This document shows positions 8,676-20,518 of a DNA stretch of 64,000 nucleotides, piece after piece. Numbering within the stretch: the first letter of the stretch is position 1; each line of letters starts with the position of its first letter. The DNA is from an uncultured Acidobacteriota bacterium (GTDB lineage: Bacteria > Acidobacteriota > Thermoanaerobaculia > Multivoradales > SZUA-115), in contig CAWDVR010000001.1 of the NCBI GenBank assembly GCA_963805975.1, positions 864,001-928,000 on the forward strand. The letters are read 5' to 3'. Made by a program: the position numbers and the translations under genes. A model generated the notes under the pieces. The model ran no database searches, was not told where the DNA came from, and saw only the letters and a list, made by a program, of their open reading frames with translations.

Positions 8676-9635
8676 ATGCCTCTCAACGAGCGACTGTACG
8701 GCGAGCTCAAAGTCTTCGGCGGCCGGGCCCACCCGGAGCTGACCGAGGAGATCTGCTCCTATCTGAACGTTCCGGCCGGCAACGCCACGCTGTTCAACTT
8801 CTCGGACGGGGAGACCTTCGTCCAGATCGAGGAGAACGTGCGCGGCTCGGACGTGTTCATCGTCCAGCCCACCTGCGCACCCGCCAACCAGAACCTGATG
8901 GAACTGCTGATCATGCTCGACGCCTTCAAGCGCTCGTCGGCGTCGCGGGTCACGGCCGTGCTCCCGTACTACGGCTATGCCCGGCAGGATCGCAAGGACC
9001 GGCCACGGGTGCCGATCACCGCCAAGCTGGTCGCCGACCTGATCTCCCGCGCCGGCGCCGACCGGGTGCTGACGCTCGACCTCCACGCCGGCCAGATCCA
9101 GGGCTTTTTCGACGTGCCGGTGGACCACCTCTTCGCGGCCCCGGTGCTGCTCGAGGCGATCCGCTCGCTCGACATCCCGGACCTGGTGATCGTCTCGCCG
9201 GACGCCGGCGGCGTCGAGCGGGCGCGCGCCATCGCCAAGCGCCTGGAGACCGGCCTCGCGATCGTCGACAAGCGGCGCTTCGCGCCCAACGAGGCCGAAG
9301 TGATGAACATCATCGGCGACGTCGAAGGCTCGAGCGCCCTGATCCTGGACGACATCATCGACACCGCCGGCACACTGGTCAAGACGGTGGAGGCCCTGGC
9401 CGCCAAAGGCGCCCGCCGCATCCTCGCTGCGGCCGTGCACGGCGTGCTCTCCGGTCCCGCCCTCACCCGGCTCGAGGAATCCCCGCTCGAGCTGGTGCTG
9501 ATCACCAACACCACCCCGGTTGGCGACAAGGTCGCCGGCTGCAGCAAGCTCGAGCCGCTCTCCGTCGCCGGCCTGCTGGGGGAAGCGATCCGACGGATCC
9601 ACGAAAACAGCTCGGTGTCCTCGCTCTTCGTCTGA
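8676..9635 (+). CDS. prs: Ribose-phosphate pyrophosphokinase
   Basis: FSDGE, YYGYARQDRK, VSPDAGG, DDIIDTAGT. Confidence 0.98.
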   Translation: MPLNERLYGELKVFGGRAHPELTEEICSYLNVPAGNATLFNFSDGETFVQIEENVRGSDVFIVQPTCAPANQNLMELLIMLDAFKRSSASRVTAVLPYYGYARQDRKDRPRVPITAKLVADLISRAGADRVLTLDLHAGQIQGFFDVPVDHLFAAPVLLEAIRSLDIPDLVIVSPDAGGVERARAIAKRLETGLAIVDKRRFAPNEAEVMNIIGDVEGSSALILDDIIDTAGTLVKTVEALAAKGARRILAAAVHGVLSGPALTRLEESPLELVLITNTTPVGDKVAGCSKLEPLSVAGLLGEAIRRIHENSSVSSLFV

Positions 9636-9667
9636 GGACGGCAGGGCTTCGAAAAAAGGAACGTTCC

Positions 9668-10327
9668 ATGAGTGAGCTCAACCTGGCAGTAGAGAAGCGC
9701 GACACCGGCGGCAAGAACGCCAATCGCAGGCTGCGCAAGAGCGGCCGCATCCCGGCCGTGGTCTACGGCGGCGGCAAGGACTCGGTCGCCATCGAGATCG
9801 ACCGCCGCTCCTTCCTCGACCTCACCCGCCAGCGGGCGGGCGAGAACTCGATCTTCGTGCTCGAGATGGCCGGCGGTGATCTCAAGCGGCACGCCGTGAT
9901 CCGCGACATCCAGATCGACGTGGTGAGCCGCCAGATCCTGCACATCGACTTTCAGCGCGTGCTGATGACCGAGAAGCTGCGGGTCACGGTAGCGATCGAG
10001 CTCGTCGGTACCGCCTACGGCGTCAAGAACGAGAACGCGGTGGTCGACTTCGTGACCCGCGAGGTCGAGGTGGAGTGCCTGCCGGGAGACATCCCGGGGC
10101 ACCTCACGCTCGACGTCACGCCGCTGCACGTCGGCCAGCACCTCGAGGCCGGGGCCATCGAGCTGCCCGCGGGGGTGAAGCTGGTGACCGATCCCGAGCG
10201 CGTCATCGCCTCGTGCAGCCATCCGCGCCTCGAGGTCGAAGCTCCCGCCGCCGGCGAGGGCCTGATCGAGGGCTCCGGCAAGGAGCCCGAGGTCGTGACG
10301 CGCGGCAAGCAGGCGGCCGAGGACTAG
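9668..10327 (+). CDS. rplY: 50S ribosomal protein L25/Ctc
   Basis: RRLRKSGRIPAVVYG, HIDF; prs-rplY-pth order. Confidence 0.96.
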   Translation: MSELNLAVEKRDTGGKNANRRLRKSGRIPAVVYGGGKDSVAIEIDRRSFLDLTRQRAGENSIFVLEMAGGDLKRHAVIRDIQIDVVSRQILHIDFQRVLMTEKLRVTVAIELVGTAYGVKNENAVVDFVTREVEVECLPGDIPGHLTLDVTPLHVGQHLEAGAIELPAGVKLVTDPERVIASCSHPRLEVEAPAAGEGLIEGSGKEPEVVTRGKQAAED

Positions 10328-10339
10328 GCCGGCTCCGCC

Positions 10340-10927
10340 GTGGACGCGCCGGAGCGTCGGGAGGCGCCGCGGCCGAAGCTCGTGGTGGGCCTCGGCAACC
10401 CGGGCGAGCGCTACGCGGCCACCCGCCACAACGTGGGCTTTCGGGTGGTCGGGGAGCTGGCCCGGCGGCGTGGCCTGCCGCTCACCGGGGTCGAGTGCAA
10501 CTCGCTGGCGGCGACGGGCGAGGGCTGCCTCCTCGCCCAGCCGCAGACCTACATGAACCGGAGCGGCTACGCGGTCCAGTGCCTGGTCGAGCGTTGGGGC
10601 TTCGCGCCGGCGGAGATCCTGGTGGTCTACGACGAGCTGCAACTGCCGCTCGGCCGGGTGCGGCTGCGGCCCGCCGGCAGCCCCGGCGGCCACCGGGGAA
10701 TGGAGTCGATCGCCGAGAGCCTGGCGACGGACCAGGTGCCCCGCCTGCGGCTGGGCATCGGGATCGAACCGCCGCCGGCGGCCGAGCGGCTGCCGGACTT
10801 CGTGCTGGCGCCCTTCGGCGCCGCGGAGCGGGAGGCGGTCGCGGCCATGATCGTTCGCGCCGCGGACGCCTGCGAGGCCTGGCTCGCCGAAGGCGCGGAG
10901 GCCGCGATGCGGCGGTTCAACGGCTAG
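10340..10927 (+). CDS. pth: Peptidyl-tRNA hydrolase
   Basis: VGLGNPG..Y..TRHNVGF, PQTYMN.SG, GGH.G. Confidence 0.97.
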   Translation: MDAPERREAPRPKLVVGLGNPGERYAATRHNVGFRVVGELARRRGLPLTGVECNSLAATGEGCLLAQPQTYMNRSGYAVQCLVERWGFAPAEILVVYDELQLPLGRVRLRPAGSPGGHRGMESIAESLATDQVPRLRLGIGIEPPPAAERLPDFVLAPFGAAEREAVAAMIVRAADACEAWLAEGAEAAMRRFNG

Positions 10928-11018
10928 TCGAGAGCTGACAAGGCCTCGCCCGATCGTGTAGTATCCGCGTTTCCAAAACGGCCCGGGGACCTTCAGGTCC
11001 GACCGGGCACCATCCAAA

Positions 11019-11063
11019 CCTCTCTGCCCCGCCACGAGCGGGGCCGAACAGGCCAGAGGGAGG
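11019..11063 (+). promoter_or_regulatory. Probable S6:S18 ribosomal protein leader RNA
   Basis: CCTCTCTG can pair with the SD-containing CAGAGGGAGG; inner hairpin CCCCGC/GCGGGG followed by an unpaired CCG, directly 5' of rpsF. Confidence 0.7.
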
Positions 11064-11072
11064 CTCCCGCAA

Positions 11073-11432
11073 GTGCTACGCACGTACGAGATGATTTTCA
11101 TCGTCGATCCTCGTCTGCCGGACGAGGAAGTCACCACCATCGTGGACGACTACAAGCGCATGGCCACCACCGCCGGTGGCGACGTGGCGAGGGAGGAGAG
11201 CTGGGGCAAGCGCCGGCTCGCCTTCCCGATCGAGAAGCTGACCGAGGGCCGGTACTTCCTGCTCTACGTCACGGCCGAGGACAAGAACCCGCTGCGCGAC
11301 GTCCAGCACCGCATGGGGCAGAACGACAAGATCCTGCGCTACCTGACCGTGCGCACTGACCGGCCGGTTCCCTTGACGGAGCTCGTCCCCGTCGAGGCCG
11401 AAACCGCTCCCGTGGTCGAGGAGGAAGCCTAG
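11073..11432 (+). CDS. rpsF: 30S ribosomal protein S6
   Basis: YEMIFIVDP, WGKRRLAFPI.K..EG.Y. Confidence 0.97.
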   Translation: MLRTYEMIFIVDPRLPDEEVTTIVDDYKRMATTAGGDVAREESWGKRRLAFPIEKLTEGRYFLLYVTAEDKNPLRDVQHRMGQNDKILRYLTVRTDRPVPLTELVPVEAETAPVVEEEA

Positions 11433-11687
11433 ATGCCAATGCCACCCAAGGGCGCAAAGGGCGGTAAGAAGGTCTTCTTCCGCCGGCGCAAAGTGTGCAA
11501 GTTCTGCGTCGACAAGATCGACTACATCGACTACAAAGACATCAAGCTGCTGCAGCAGTTCATCCCCGAGCGGGCCAAGATCCTGCCGCGCCGGATCTCC
11601 GGCACCTGCGCCAGCCACCAGCGGATGTTGCAGCAGGCCATCAAGCGCGCGCGCCACCTGGCGCTGCTGCCGTTCACCACGGATTAG
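11433..11687 (+). CDS. rpsR: 30S ribosomal protein S18 (Zn-binding C+ form)
   Basis: [22 protein letters not shown]. Confidence 0.98.
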   Translation: MPMPPKGAKGGKKVFFRRRKVCKFCVDKIDYIDYKDIKLLQQFIPERAKILPRRISGTCASHQRMLQQAIKRARHLALLPFTTD

Positions 11688-11697
11688 GGGGCCCGAC

Positions 11698-12144
11698 GTG
11701 CAAGTCATACTCTTGAGTGACCAGCGCAACCTGGGCCGTCGCGGCGAGGTGGTGAAGGTGAAAGCCGGCTACGGCCGCAACTTCCTGCTGCCGCAGGGCT
11801 TCGCCCTGGAGGCCACACCGGCGAACATCAAGTACTTCGCCGAGCAGCGGAAGAAGATCGATCTCAAGCACGGCAAGGAGCGCGACGCGGCGGCGGAGAT
11901 CGCGGCGCAGCTCGCCGCCATCCAGCTCACCATCAAGAAGAAGGTGGGCGAGACGCAGACCCTGTACGGGTCGGTCACCGCCACCGAGATCGCCGACGCC
12001 CTGGCCGACCGAGGCGTCACCGTCGACAAGCGGCGCCTCGACCTCGGCGGCGGGATCAAGTCGCTGGGAGACCACAAGGTGACCCTCGACCTCCACCCCG
12101 AGGTGCTGGCCGAGATCACCGTTTCCGTGGTCCCCGAGGAGTAA
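11698..12144 (+). CDS. rplI: 50S ribosomal protein L9
   Basis: VKVKAGYGRNFLLP.G.A, LYGSVT. Confidence 0.98.
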   Translation: MQVILLSDQRNLGRRGEVVKVKAGYGRNFLLPQGFALEATPANIKYFAEQRKKIDLKHGKERDAAAEIAAQLAAIQLTIKKKVGETQTLYGSVTATEIADALADRGVTVDKRRLDLGGGIKSLGDHKVTLDLHPEVLAEITVSVVPEE

Positions 12145-12153
12145 GCTCCCGGC

Positions 12154-13392
12154 ATGCCCGAGGAGCGGGTCAGCTCGTCCGACCCCGAGCCGCTGCCGGC
12201 CGCGGCGGGCGGGCGACCCGCAACTCGAACCCCCCCCGGCATCGAAGACTTTCTGGCCGACCCTCCCCGCGACCTCGCCCGCTGGCGGTGGTTGTGGGAA
12301 GGGGACCGGCCGTTCCCCATCCGCAGCGATCGCGGCTGGCTCGGCCGCCTGCTGGTGGCCGGCAAGCGGCTGCTGCGGCCGTTGGTCAAGACCCCGCAGA
12401 ACGATCTCTGGGAGCGCCAGCGGGTCTTCAACCTGATCCTCCTCGAGTGGCTCGCGGCCCAGGAGGCGCTGCGCCTCGAGCCGCGGCTCGCGCAGCTCGA
12501 AGCGTCGCTGCCGGCGCGCCTCGACGAGCTGCTGCGGCACAACGACGCGCTGTTCGTGCGCCTGGACCAGAAGGTCGACCTCCACCGCCGCCAGGCGGCC
12601 GAGCTCACGAGCCGTCTGGGCGCGGCCCTGGCCGTGGCGGAGACGGCGGCGGAGGGGCCCACGGCCAGCGCGCGGCTGATCGCCACGCACGACGAGCAGG
12701 GCTACCTGGAGCTCGAGCGCCGCTTCCGGGGCACCGAGGCGGAGATCGCCACCCGTCTCGAGCCCTACCTGCCGCGCCTCGCGGGCCGGGGGGAGGTGCT
12801 GGACCTGGGCTGCGGCCGCGGCGAGGCCCTCGCCGTGCTCGGCGCGGCGGGCGTGCCGGCGCGCGGCGTCGACGGCAGCGCGAGCATGGTGGCGCACTGC
12901 CGGGAGCGCGGCCTCGCGGCGGAGGAGGGTGACCTCTTCGGGCATCTCGCGGGTCAGGCCGAGGGGCGGCTCGGGGGAGTGGTCTCCTTCCACGTCCTCG
13001 AGCACCTGCCGGCAACCGAGATCGACCGCCTGGTGCGTCTGGCCTTCCGCGCTCTGGCGCCGGGTGGCGTGCTGATCCTCGAGACCCCGAACCCGTTGTC
13101 GATCGTCGTCGCCGCGCGCAACTTCTGGCTCGACCCCACCCATCGTCGCCCCATCCATCCCGAGGCGCTCAAGCTCTCGTGCCGGCTGGCGGGCTTCGAC
13201 CCCGTCGAGCAGTGGAACCTGCGGCCCTTCCCGGCCGACGTGCGCCTGCCGGAGGTGGACCTCGGCGCCCTGCCGGAAGCGCAGGGCAGCCTCGCCCATC
13301 AGGTGAACACCCTCCGTGACCGGCTGGACGAGCTGCTGTTCGGCTATCAGGACTATGCGGTGGTGGCGGAGAAGCCGCGGGATCGGAGCTAG
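12154..13392 (+). CDS. Class I SAM-dependent methyltransferase with N-terminal coiled coil (glycan-capping type)
   Basis: LERRFRG, VLDLGCGRGE, FHVLEHL, ETPNP, F.LDPTH, G.QDYAVV. Confidence 0.85.
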   Translation: MPEERVSSSDPEPLPAAAGGRPATRTPPGIEDFLADPPRDLARWRWLWEGDRPFPIRSDRGWLGRLLVAGKRLLRPLVKTPQNDLWERQRVFNLILLEWLAAQEALRLEPRLAQLEASLPARLDELLRHNDALFVRLDQKVDLHRRQAAELTSRLGAALAVAETAAEGPTASARLIATHDEQGYLELERRFRGTEAEIATRLEPYLPRLAGRGEVLDLGCGRGEALAVLGAAGVPARGVDGSASMVAHCRERGLAAEEGDLFGHLAGQAEGRLGGVVSFHVLEHLPATEIDRLVRLAFRALAPGGVLILETPNPLSIVVAARNFWLDPTHRRPIHPEALKLSCRLAGFDPVEQWNLRPFPADVRLPEVDLGALPEAQGSLAHQVNTLRDRLDELLFGYQDYAVVAEKPRDRS

Positions 13393-15875
13393 GTCCCCGT
13401 CCCGGCCCCGGCCTGGGTGCCGGCCGCGGTCTCCGGTGGGGTGCCTGCCTCCGGTGGGATGCCCGACTCCGACCCCGGCTCCGGGCCCACGTCGAGCGGC
13501 AGCGGGGCTTCGGGCGGCATGTCCTCGGGCATCTTCTCGCGCGGCCGGCCCTGGTAGAAGGGCCGCTGCTGATACCAGGGCAGCGAGAGGACGTTGGCCC
13601 ACTCGCCGGAGACCTCGCCGCCCGGCTGAGTGCCGGGCAGGAACACGGCCGGGATGCCGCCCTTGGTGCCCGCGGCCACCTTGAGGCCGGAGCCGCGGTC
13701 GATCCACGCCGTGACCATGCCCTCGGGGGCCGTGAAGCGCGACTTCTCGGCGAGCCAGCCGGTCTCCAGGCCATCCACGGCCATGTCCCGCCAGATCGGT
13801 ACCGCCACCTTGTCGCCGGCCATGCCCCGGCCCATCGAGCGCGGCCGGTCATAGCCCACCCAGATGAGCATGGTGTAGCGCGTGGTGAAGCCGATGAACC
13901 AGGCGTTGCTGTAGTCGTTGGTGGTGCCGGTCTTGCCGGCGATGTCGAGCGGCAGGTCGTTCAGCGCTGCGGCCGTGCCGCGGTCCACCACGCCTTCGAG
14001 CATGTGCGAGAGCACGTAGGCCAGCTCCGGCGTGGTGGCCACCCGCGACTTGCCGCGGTGCTCGGCCAGCACCTCGCCCTCGGGCAGGCGGATCCGCTCG
14101 ACGAGGTACGGCTCGGTGTACCTGCCCTGGTTGGCGATCACGGCGTAGGCGGCGGCCATCTCGAGCGGCGACACGTCGGCGCTCCCCAGGGCGAGGCTCG
14201 GATAGGGCGGCAGGTCAGAGCGCACGCCACAACGGCGGGCGAACTCGATCACCTTGTCGGCTCCCACCAGGTCCAGGAGCTTGACCGCCGAAACGTTGTA
14301 GGACTGCTCGAGCGCCCGCGACAGGGTGGTGATGCCGTAGTAGGTGGGGTAGTAGTTGCTCGGGCTGTAGCTCAGCCGTCCGTCGGCGCCCTTGAAGTAG
14401 GCGGGAGCATCGAAGATGGTGTCGGCCGGGGTGAAGCCGTTCTCGAGCGCCGTGCCGTAGACGAACATCTTGAACGCCGAGCCCACCTGCCGCCGCGCCT
14501 GGGTGGCGCGGTTGAACTGGTTGCGGCCGAAGTCCCAGCCGCCGACCATGGCGCGCACCGCGCCGGTCGAGGACTCGAGCACGATCGCCGCGCCCTGGAG
14601 CTGCGGCTCCTGCTCGAGGATGAGGATCGGCGCGGCGCCCTCCTTGAGCGCGCCCACGCGGAACCACGCCACGTCGCCGCGCTTGAGGATACGCCCCGGC
14701 GCTCCCTTGCCCGTCCACTTCATGCCCTCGGGCGTCAGGGTGAAGAAGCGGTCCCCGGCGCGCACCGTGGCGGAAGCGCCGTCGCTCGCCATCACCAGGC
14801 CTTCGAACCAGGCGTCGGCGGTGGCGCGGCTGGCGCTCCAGGATTCGAGCTCCACCTTCTCGAGCTCGGCCGAGGCGATGACCTGGTGCGGCCCCCGCCA
14901 GCCCTTGCGGTGGTCGAGGCGCAAGAGCCCGGCGCGGAGCGCCTTCTCCGCCGACGCCTCGATGGCCGAGTCCATCGTGGTCTCGACCTGCAAGCCCTTT
15001 TCGAGCAGCGTCGCCGTGCCGTACGTGGTCTCGATGTTGCGCCGCACCTCCTCGGCGAAGTACGAGCCCACCTCGTCGCGGGCCCCGTGCTCGATCACGG
15101 TCAGCGGCTGCGACCTGGCGGTGGCGTGCTCGGCACGGCGCACGAAGCGCTCCTCGAGCATGCGGTCCAGCACGTGGTTGCGGCGTGCCACCACCGCCTC
15201 CGGCGCGTTGTAGGGCGAGAGCCGGCTGGGCCGCTGGTAGATCCCGGCCAGGGTGGCGGCCTCGGCCAGGGTCAGATCGGAGACCGACTTGCCGAAGTAG
15301 AACCGTGAGGCGGCCTCGACGCCGTACTGGCCGTGGCCGAGGTAGATCACGTTGAGGTAGAGGGCGAGGAGCTGGTCCTTGGTGAAGCTCTTCTCGAGCT
15401 CCACGGCGATGAACGCTTCCTCGACCTTGCGCCGCCAGAGCTTGCCGGGGTTGAGGAAGAAGAGCTGCCGCGCGAGCTGCATGGTGAGGGTGGAGGCACC
15501 CTCCGTCCGCCGGCCGCTGCGCAGGTTGGAGACCGCCGCGCGCACCACTCCCACCGCGTCGAGGCCGCCGTGCTGGTAGAAGTTGCGGTCCTCGACCGCG
15601 ATCAGCGCGTTGCGCATCAAAGCCGGGATCTCCTCCGGCTTGAGCACGATGCGGCGCTGCCGGGCGTAGGAGGCGAAGGAGCGGCCCTGGCGGTCGTAGA
15701 GCTGGGTGATGCGCGCCGGCGAGAAGCTCGCCAGGGTGTCGACGCGCGGCATGTGGATCGCCGCCGCCACCCCGACGCCGGTCGCGGCCCCGAGCCCCAT
15801 GGTGATGGCGGCGGGGATCAGGAAGCGCGCCAGGCGCCGGTACTTGAGCCGCGGGTCCGTCCAGCGCATTTGCAT
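13389..15875 (-). CDS. mrcA: Class A penicillin-binding protein (PBP1A family)
   Basis: Transglycosylase EDRNFYQH and GASTLTMQL; transpeptidase SAFK, SYN and KTG. Confidence 0.93.
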   Translation of the reverse strand: MQMRWTDPRLKYRRLARFLIPAAITMGLGAATGVGVAAAIHMPRVDTLASFSPARITQLYDRQGRSFASYARQRRIVLKPEEIPALMRNALIAVEDRNFYQHGGLDAVGVVRAAVSNLRSGRRTEGASTLTMQLARQLFFLNPGKLWRRKVEEAFIAVELEKSFTKDQLLALYLNVIYLGHGQYGVEAASRFYFGKSVSDLTLAEAATLAGIYQRPSRLSPYNAPEAVVARRNHVLDRMLEERFVRRAEHATARSQPLTVIEHGARDEVGSYFAEEVRRNIETTYGTATLLEKGLQVETTMDSAIEASAEKALRAGLLRLDHRKGWRGPHQVIASAELEKVELESWSASRATADAWFEGLVMASDGASATVRAGDRFFTLTPEGMKWTGKGAPGRILKRGDVAWFRVGALKEGAAPILILEQEPQLQGAAIVLESSTGAVRAMVGGWDFGRNQFNRATQARRQVGSAFKMFVYGTALENGFTPADTIFDAPAYFKGADGRLSYSPSNYYPTYYGITTLSRALEQSYNVSAVKLLDLVGADKVIEFARRCGVRSDLPPYPSLALGSADVSPLEMAAAYAVIANQGRYTEPYLVERIRLPEGEVLAEHRGKSRVATTPELAYVLSHMLEGVVDRGTAAALNDLPLDIAGKTGTTNDYSNAWFIGFTTRYTMLIWVGYDRPRSMGRGMAGDKVAVPIWRDMAVDGLETGWLAEKSRFTAPEGMVTAWIDRGSGLKVAAGTKGGIPAVFLPGTQPGGEVSGEWANVLSLPWYQQRPFYQGRPREKMPEDMPPEAPLPLDVGPEPGSESGIPPEAGTPPETAAGTQAGAGTGT

Positions 15876-15931
15876 GGCCGGATTATAGCCACGCCGGCTG
15901 CACCGGCTGCGGCTGTGATAGAAGGCGCCGC

Positions 15932-16615
15932 ATGAGCGAGCCGCCCGCCGGAGACCCCATGCCGAAGCCGCCGCCGATCCAGGACCCGCTTCCCGGCACG
16001 CCCTCGGCGCCCGAGCCGCCGCGGCGCGATCCGCCGAGCGAGCGCCTGCCGGGGGGTGAGCCGCCGCGGCAGGATCCGCCCCCGCGAGAGCCACCACAGG
16101 AGGACCCGCCGCCCGGTGGCGAGACACCGCCGCCGCCGCCCCCTTCGCTCCGCTCTCCCTTCCGGCCCGAGCTGGTGGCGAGCCCGGTGCAGCCGGGCTG
16201 CGGCAAGCCGCTCGCCATCGGCTGTGGCCTGCTCCTGCTGCTGCTGGTCGCCGGCATCGCGGTGCTGATGACCAAGCGCTTCGCGCTGCTGCGCTGGACG
16301 ATCGAGGCGATGCGGCCCGAGGTGGCGCGCCGGCTGCCGGCGGACGCCACCGAGGAGGACAAGAAGCGCCTAGACGCCGCCTTCACCGCCGCCGCGGCGC
16401 GGGCCGGCAGCGGCGACCTCGATCTCCTGGCGCTCCAGGGACTGCAGCGCGAGTTCGCGAGCCTCGCCCGCAGCGAGAAGCTGACCCGCGACCAGCTCCT
16501 GGGCTTCATCGCCAAGCTGGAGGCCGTGGGCTCCGGCGCCACAGAGGAGAGCCCGGCGCGCGATAGTACGGAGATCGACATCGGCCTCTCGGTCGAGGCC
16601 GTAGGCACGGCCTAG
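15932..16615 (+). CDS. Proline-rich single-TM hypothetical protein
   Basis: Pro-rich N-terminus, [11 protein letters not shown] plus a hydrophobic stretch, helical C-terminus. Confidence 0.7.
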   Translation: MSEPPAGDPMPKPPPIQDPLPGTPSAPEPPRRDPPSERLPGGEPPRQDPPPREPPQEDPPPGGETPPPPPPSLRSPFRPELVASPVQPGCGKPLAIGCGLLLLLLVAGIAVLMTKRFALLRWTIEAMRPEVARRLPADATEEDKKRLDAAFTAAAARAGSGDLDLLALQGLQREFASLARSEKLTRDQLLGFIAKLEAVGSGATEESPARDSTEIDIGLSVEAVGTA

Positions 16616-16680
16616 AGGGCGACCACGAGGGCCGCCCTGCCCGTAGGCCCCGCCGGCCGCCTCCGCTAGAATCGGTTTCT

Positions 16681-18672
<1,992 letters not shown>

Positions 18673-18676
18673 GGCG

Positions 18677-20497
18677 ATGCCGGCCGACCAGGTCACCTCC
18701 CGCATCCGCGAGCTGCCCGACCGGCCCGGCATCTACGTCTTCAAGGACGGCGCCGGCAAGGCGCTCTACGTCGGCAAGGCCAAGTCGCTCCGCAAGCGGG
18801 CGGCCAACTACCTGGCGCGCGAGCACGAGCCGCGGCTGGCCGCCATGCTCGAGGAGGCGGCCGATCTCGACTTCGTGCTCACCGACTCGGAGGCCGAGGC
18901 GCTGCTGCTCGAGAACAACTGGATCAAGCGCCGCCGGCCGCGCTACAACGTCCTGCTGCGCGACGACAAGACCTATCCTTACCTCAAGCTCACCGCCGAC
19001 CCCTGGCCGCGCCTCGGCTTCACCCGCCGCATTCGCGGCGACGGCGCCGAGTACTTCGGCCCCTACATCCCCGGCGGCGTCGCCCGCAAGGCGATCAAGG
19101 TGGTGCAGAAGCTGTTCGGCATCCGCGTCTGCCACCTGGAGATCGACGGCTCGCTGCCGCGGCCCTGCCTCTACCACGACATGCACCGCTGCCTCGGCCC
19201 CTGTGTCGCCGGCCTGACCTCGCGCGAGGAGTACGGCGAGGCCCTGGAGCAGGCGCGGCTCTTCCTCTCCGGGCGCAGCGAGCAGCTCACCCGCCGGCTG
19301 CGGCGCGAGATGACGGCGGCGGCCGAGGCCCTGGAGTTCGAGCGCGCCGCGCGCCTGCGCGACACGCTGGCCGAGGTCGAGGCCACCTCGCAGCGCCGCA
19401 AGCTCTCCTCGGTCGACGAGGAGGACGTGGACGTGTACGGCGTCCACGTGGCGGGCGGCCACGCCACGGTGATCGTGCTGGTGATGCGCGGCGGCCAGGT
19501 GCTCGACCGGCGCGAGCTGTTCTGGGAAGGCATGGGAGACGTGGCGGCCGACCGCCTGCTCTCCGAAGTGCTGCCGCAGATCTACGACCGCACCACGTTC
19601 ATTCCCAAGGAGATCCACCTGCCGCTGCCGATCGACGGCGAGGAGGCCCTGGTCGAGTGGCTGGGCGAGAAGAAGGGCGAGCGGGTCTACGTACGGCTGC
19701 CGGCCCGCGGCCTCAAGGCGGAGCGCATCGAGCTGGCGCGCCGCAACGCCGAGCTGGCGCACCGCCGCCGCTTCCGCGGCACGGCGGTCCACACTGCCGC
19801 GGTCGAGTCCCTGTGCCGTCACCTCGAGCTGGCGGAGCCGCCGCGGCGCATCGAGGGCTTCGACATCTCGAACTTCCAGGGCGCCCAGGTGGTGGCCTCG
19901 CTGGTGGTCTGGGAGGAGGGCAAGATGCGGCGCGGCGAGTACCGCAGCTTCAACATCACCGGCCTTCCCGGCCAGGACGACTTCGCCTCCATCCGCCAGG
20001 CCGTGCTGCGGCGCTACCGCCGGCGGCTGGAGGAGGTGGGCGCCATGCCGGACCTGGTGCTGATCGACGGCGGGCGCGGCCAGCTCAACGCGGCGCTCGC
20101 CGCGCTCGCCGAGCTGGGGGTGGAGGAGACGCCGATCGTCGGCCTGGCCAAGCGCGAGGAGGAGCTCCACCTGCCGGGGAGGCCGGAGCCGCTGGTCCTG
20201 CGGCGCAACGACCCCGGCCTCCAGGTGCTGCAGCAGGTCCGCGACGAGGCGCACCGCTTCGCCGTCTCCCACCACCGCCGCCGGCGCGACAAGGCGACGC
20301 TCACCAGCCGCCTCGACGAGCTCGCCGGCATCGGCCCCCGCCGGCGCCGTCTGCTGCTCACCCGCTTCGGCAGCCTCCAGGGCGTGGCCGAGGCGGACCT
20401 CGCGGCGCTCACGGCGGTGCTGGGTCCGCTGATGGGAGCGAAGGTCCACTCGCAGCTCCATCCCGCGGACATACCCGCGACCGATCCGCTAGGATAG
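18677..20497 (+). CDS. uvrC: Excinuclease ABC subunit C
   Basis: GIY..YVGKA, FDISN, DGGRGQL, RDEAHRFA, HhH. Confidence 0.98.
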   Translation: MPADQVTSRIRELPDRPGIYVFKDGAGKALYVGKAKSLRKRAANYLAREHEPRLAAMLEEAADLDFVLTDSEAEALLLENNWIKRRRPRYNVLLRDDKTYPYLKLTADPWPRLGFTRRIRGDGAEYFGPYIPGGVARKAIKVVQKLFGIRVCHLEIDGSLPRPCLYHDMHRCLGPCVAGLTSREEYGEALEQARLFLSGRSEQLTRRLRREMTAAAEALEFERAARLRDTLAEVEATSQRRKLSSVDEEDVDVYGVHVAGGHATVIVLVMRGGQVLDRRELFWEGMGDVAADRLLSEVLPQIYDRTTFIPKEIHLPLPIDGEEALVEWLGEKKGERVYVRLPARGLKAERIELARRNAELAHRRRFRGTAVHTAAVESLCRHLELAEPPRRIEGFDISNFQGAQVVASLVVWEEGKMRRGEYRSFNITGLPGQDDFASIRQAVLRRYRRRLEEVGAMPDLVLIDGGRGQLNAALAALAELGVEETPIVGLAKREEELHLPGRPEPLVLRRNDPGLQVLQQVRDEAHRFAVSHHRRRRDKATLTSRLDELAGIGPRRRRLLLTRFGSLQGVAEADLAALTAVLGPLMGAKVHSQLHPADIPATDPLG

Positions 20498-20518
20498 AGG
20501 CACTTAAGCACTCCTGCC

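Noticed and set aside
11073-11687. ssb absent between rpsF and rpsR
   Set aside because: A common arrangement; ssb is present at 1183-1650
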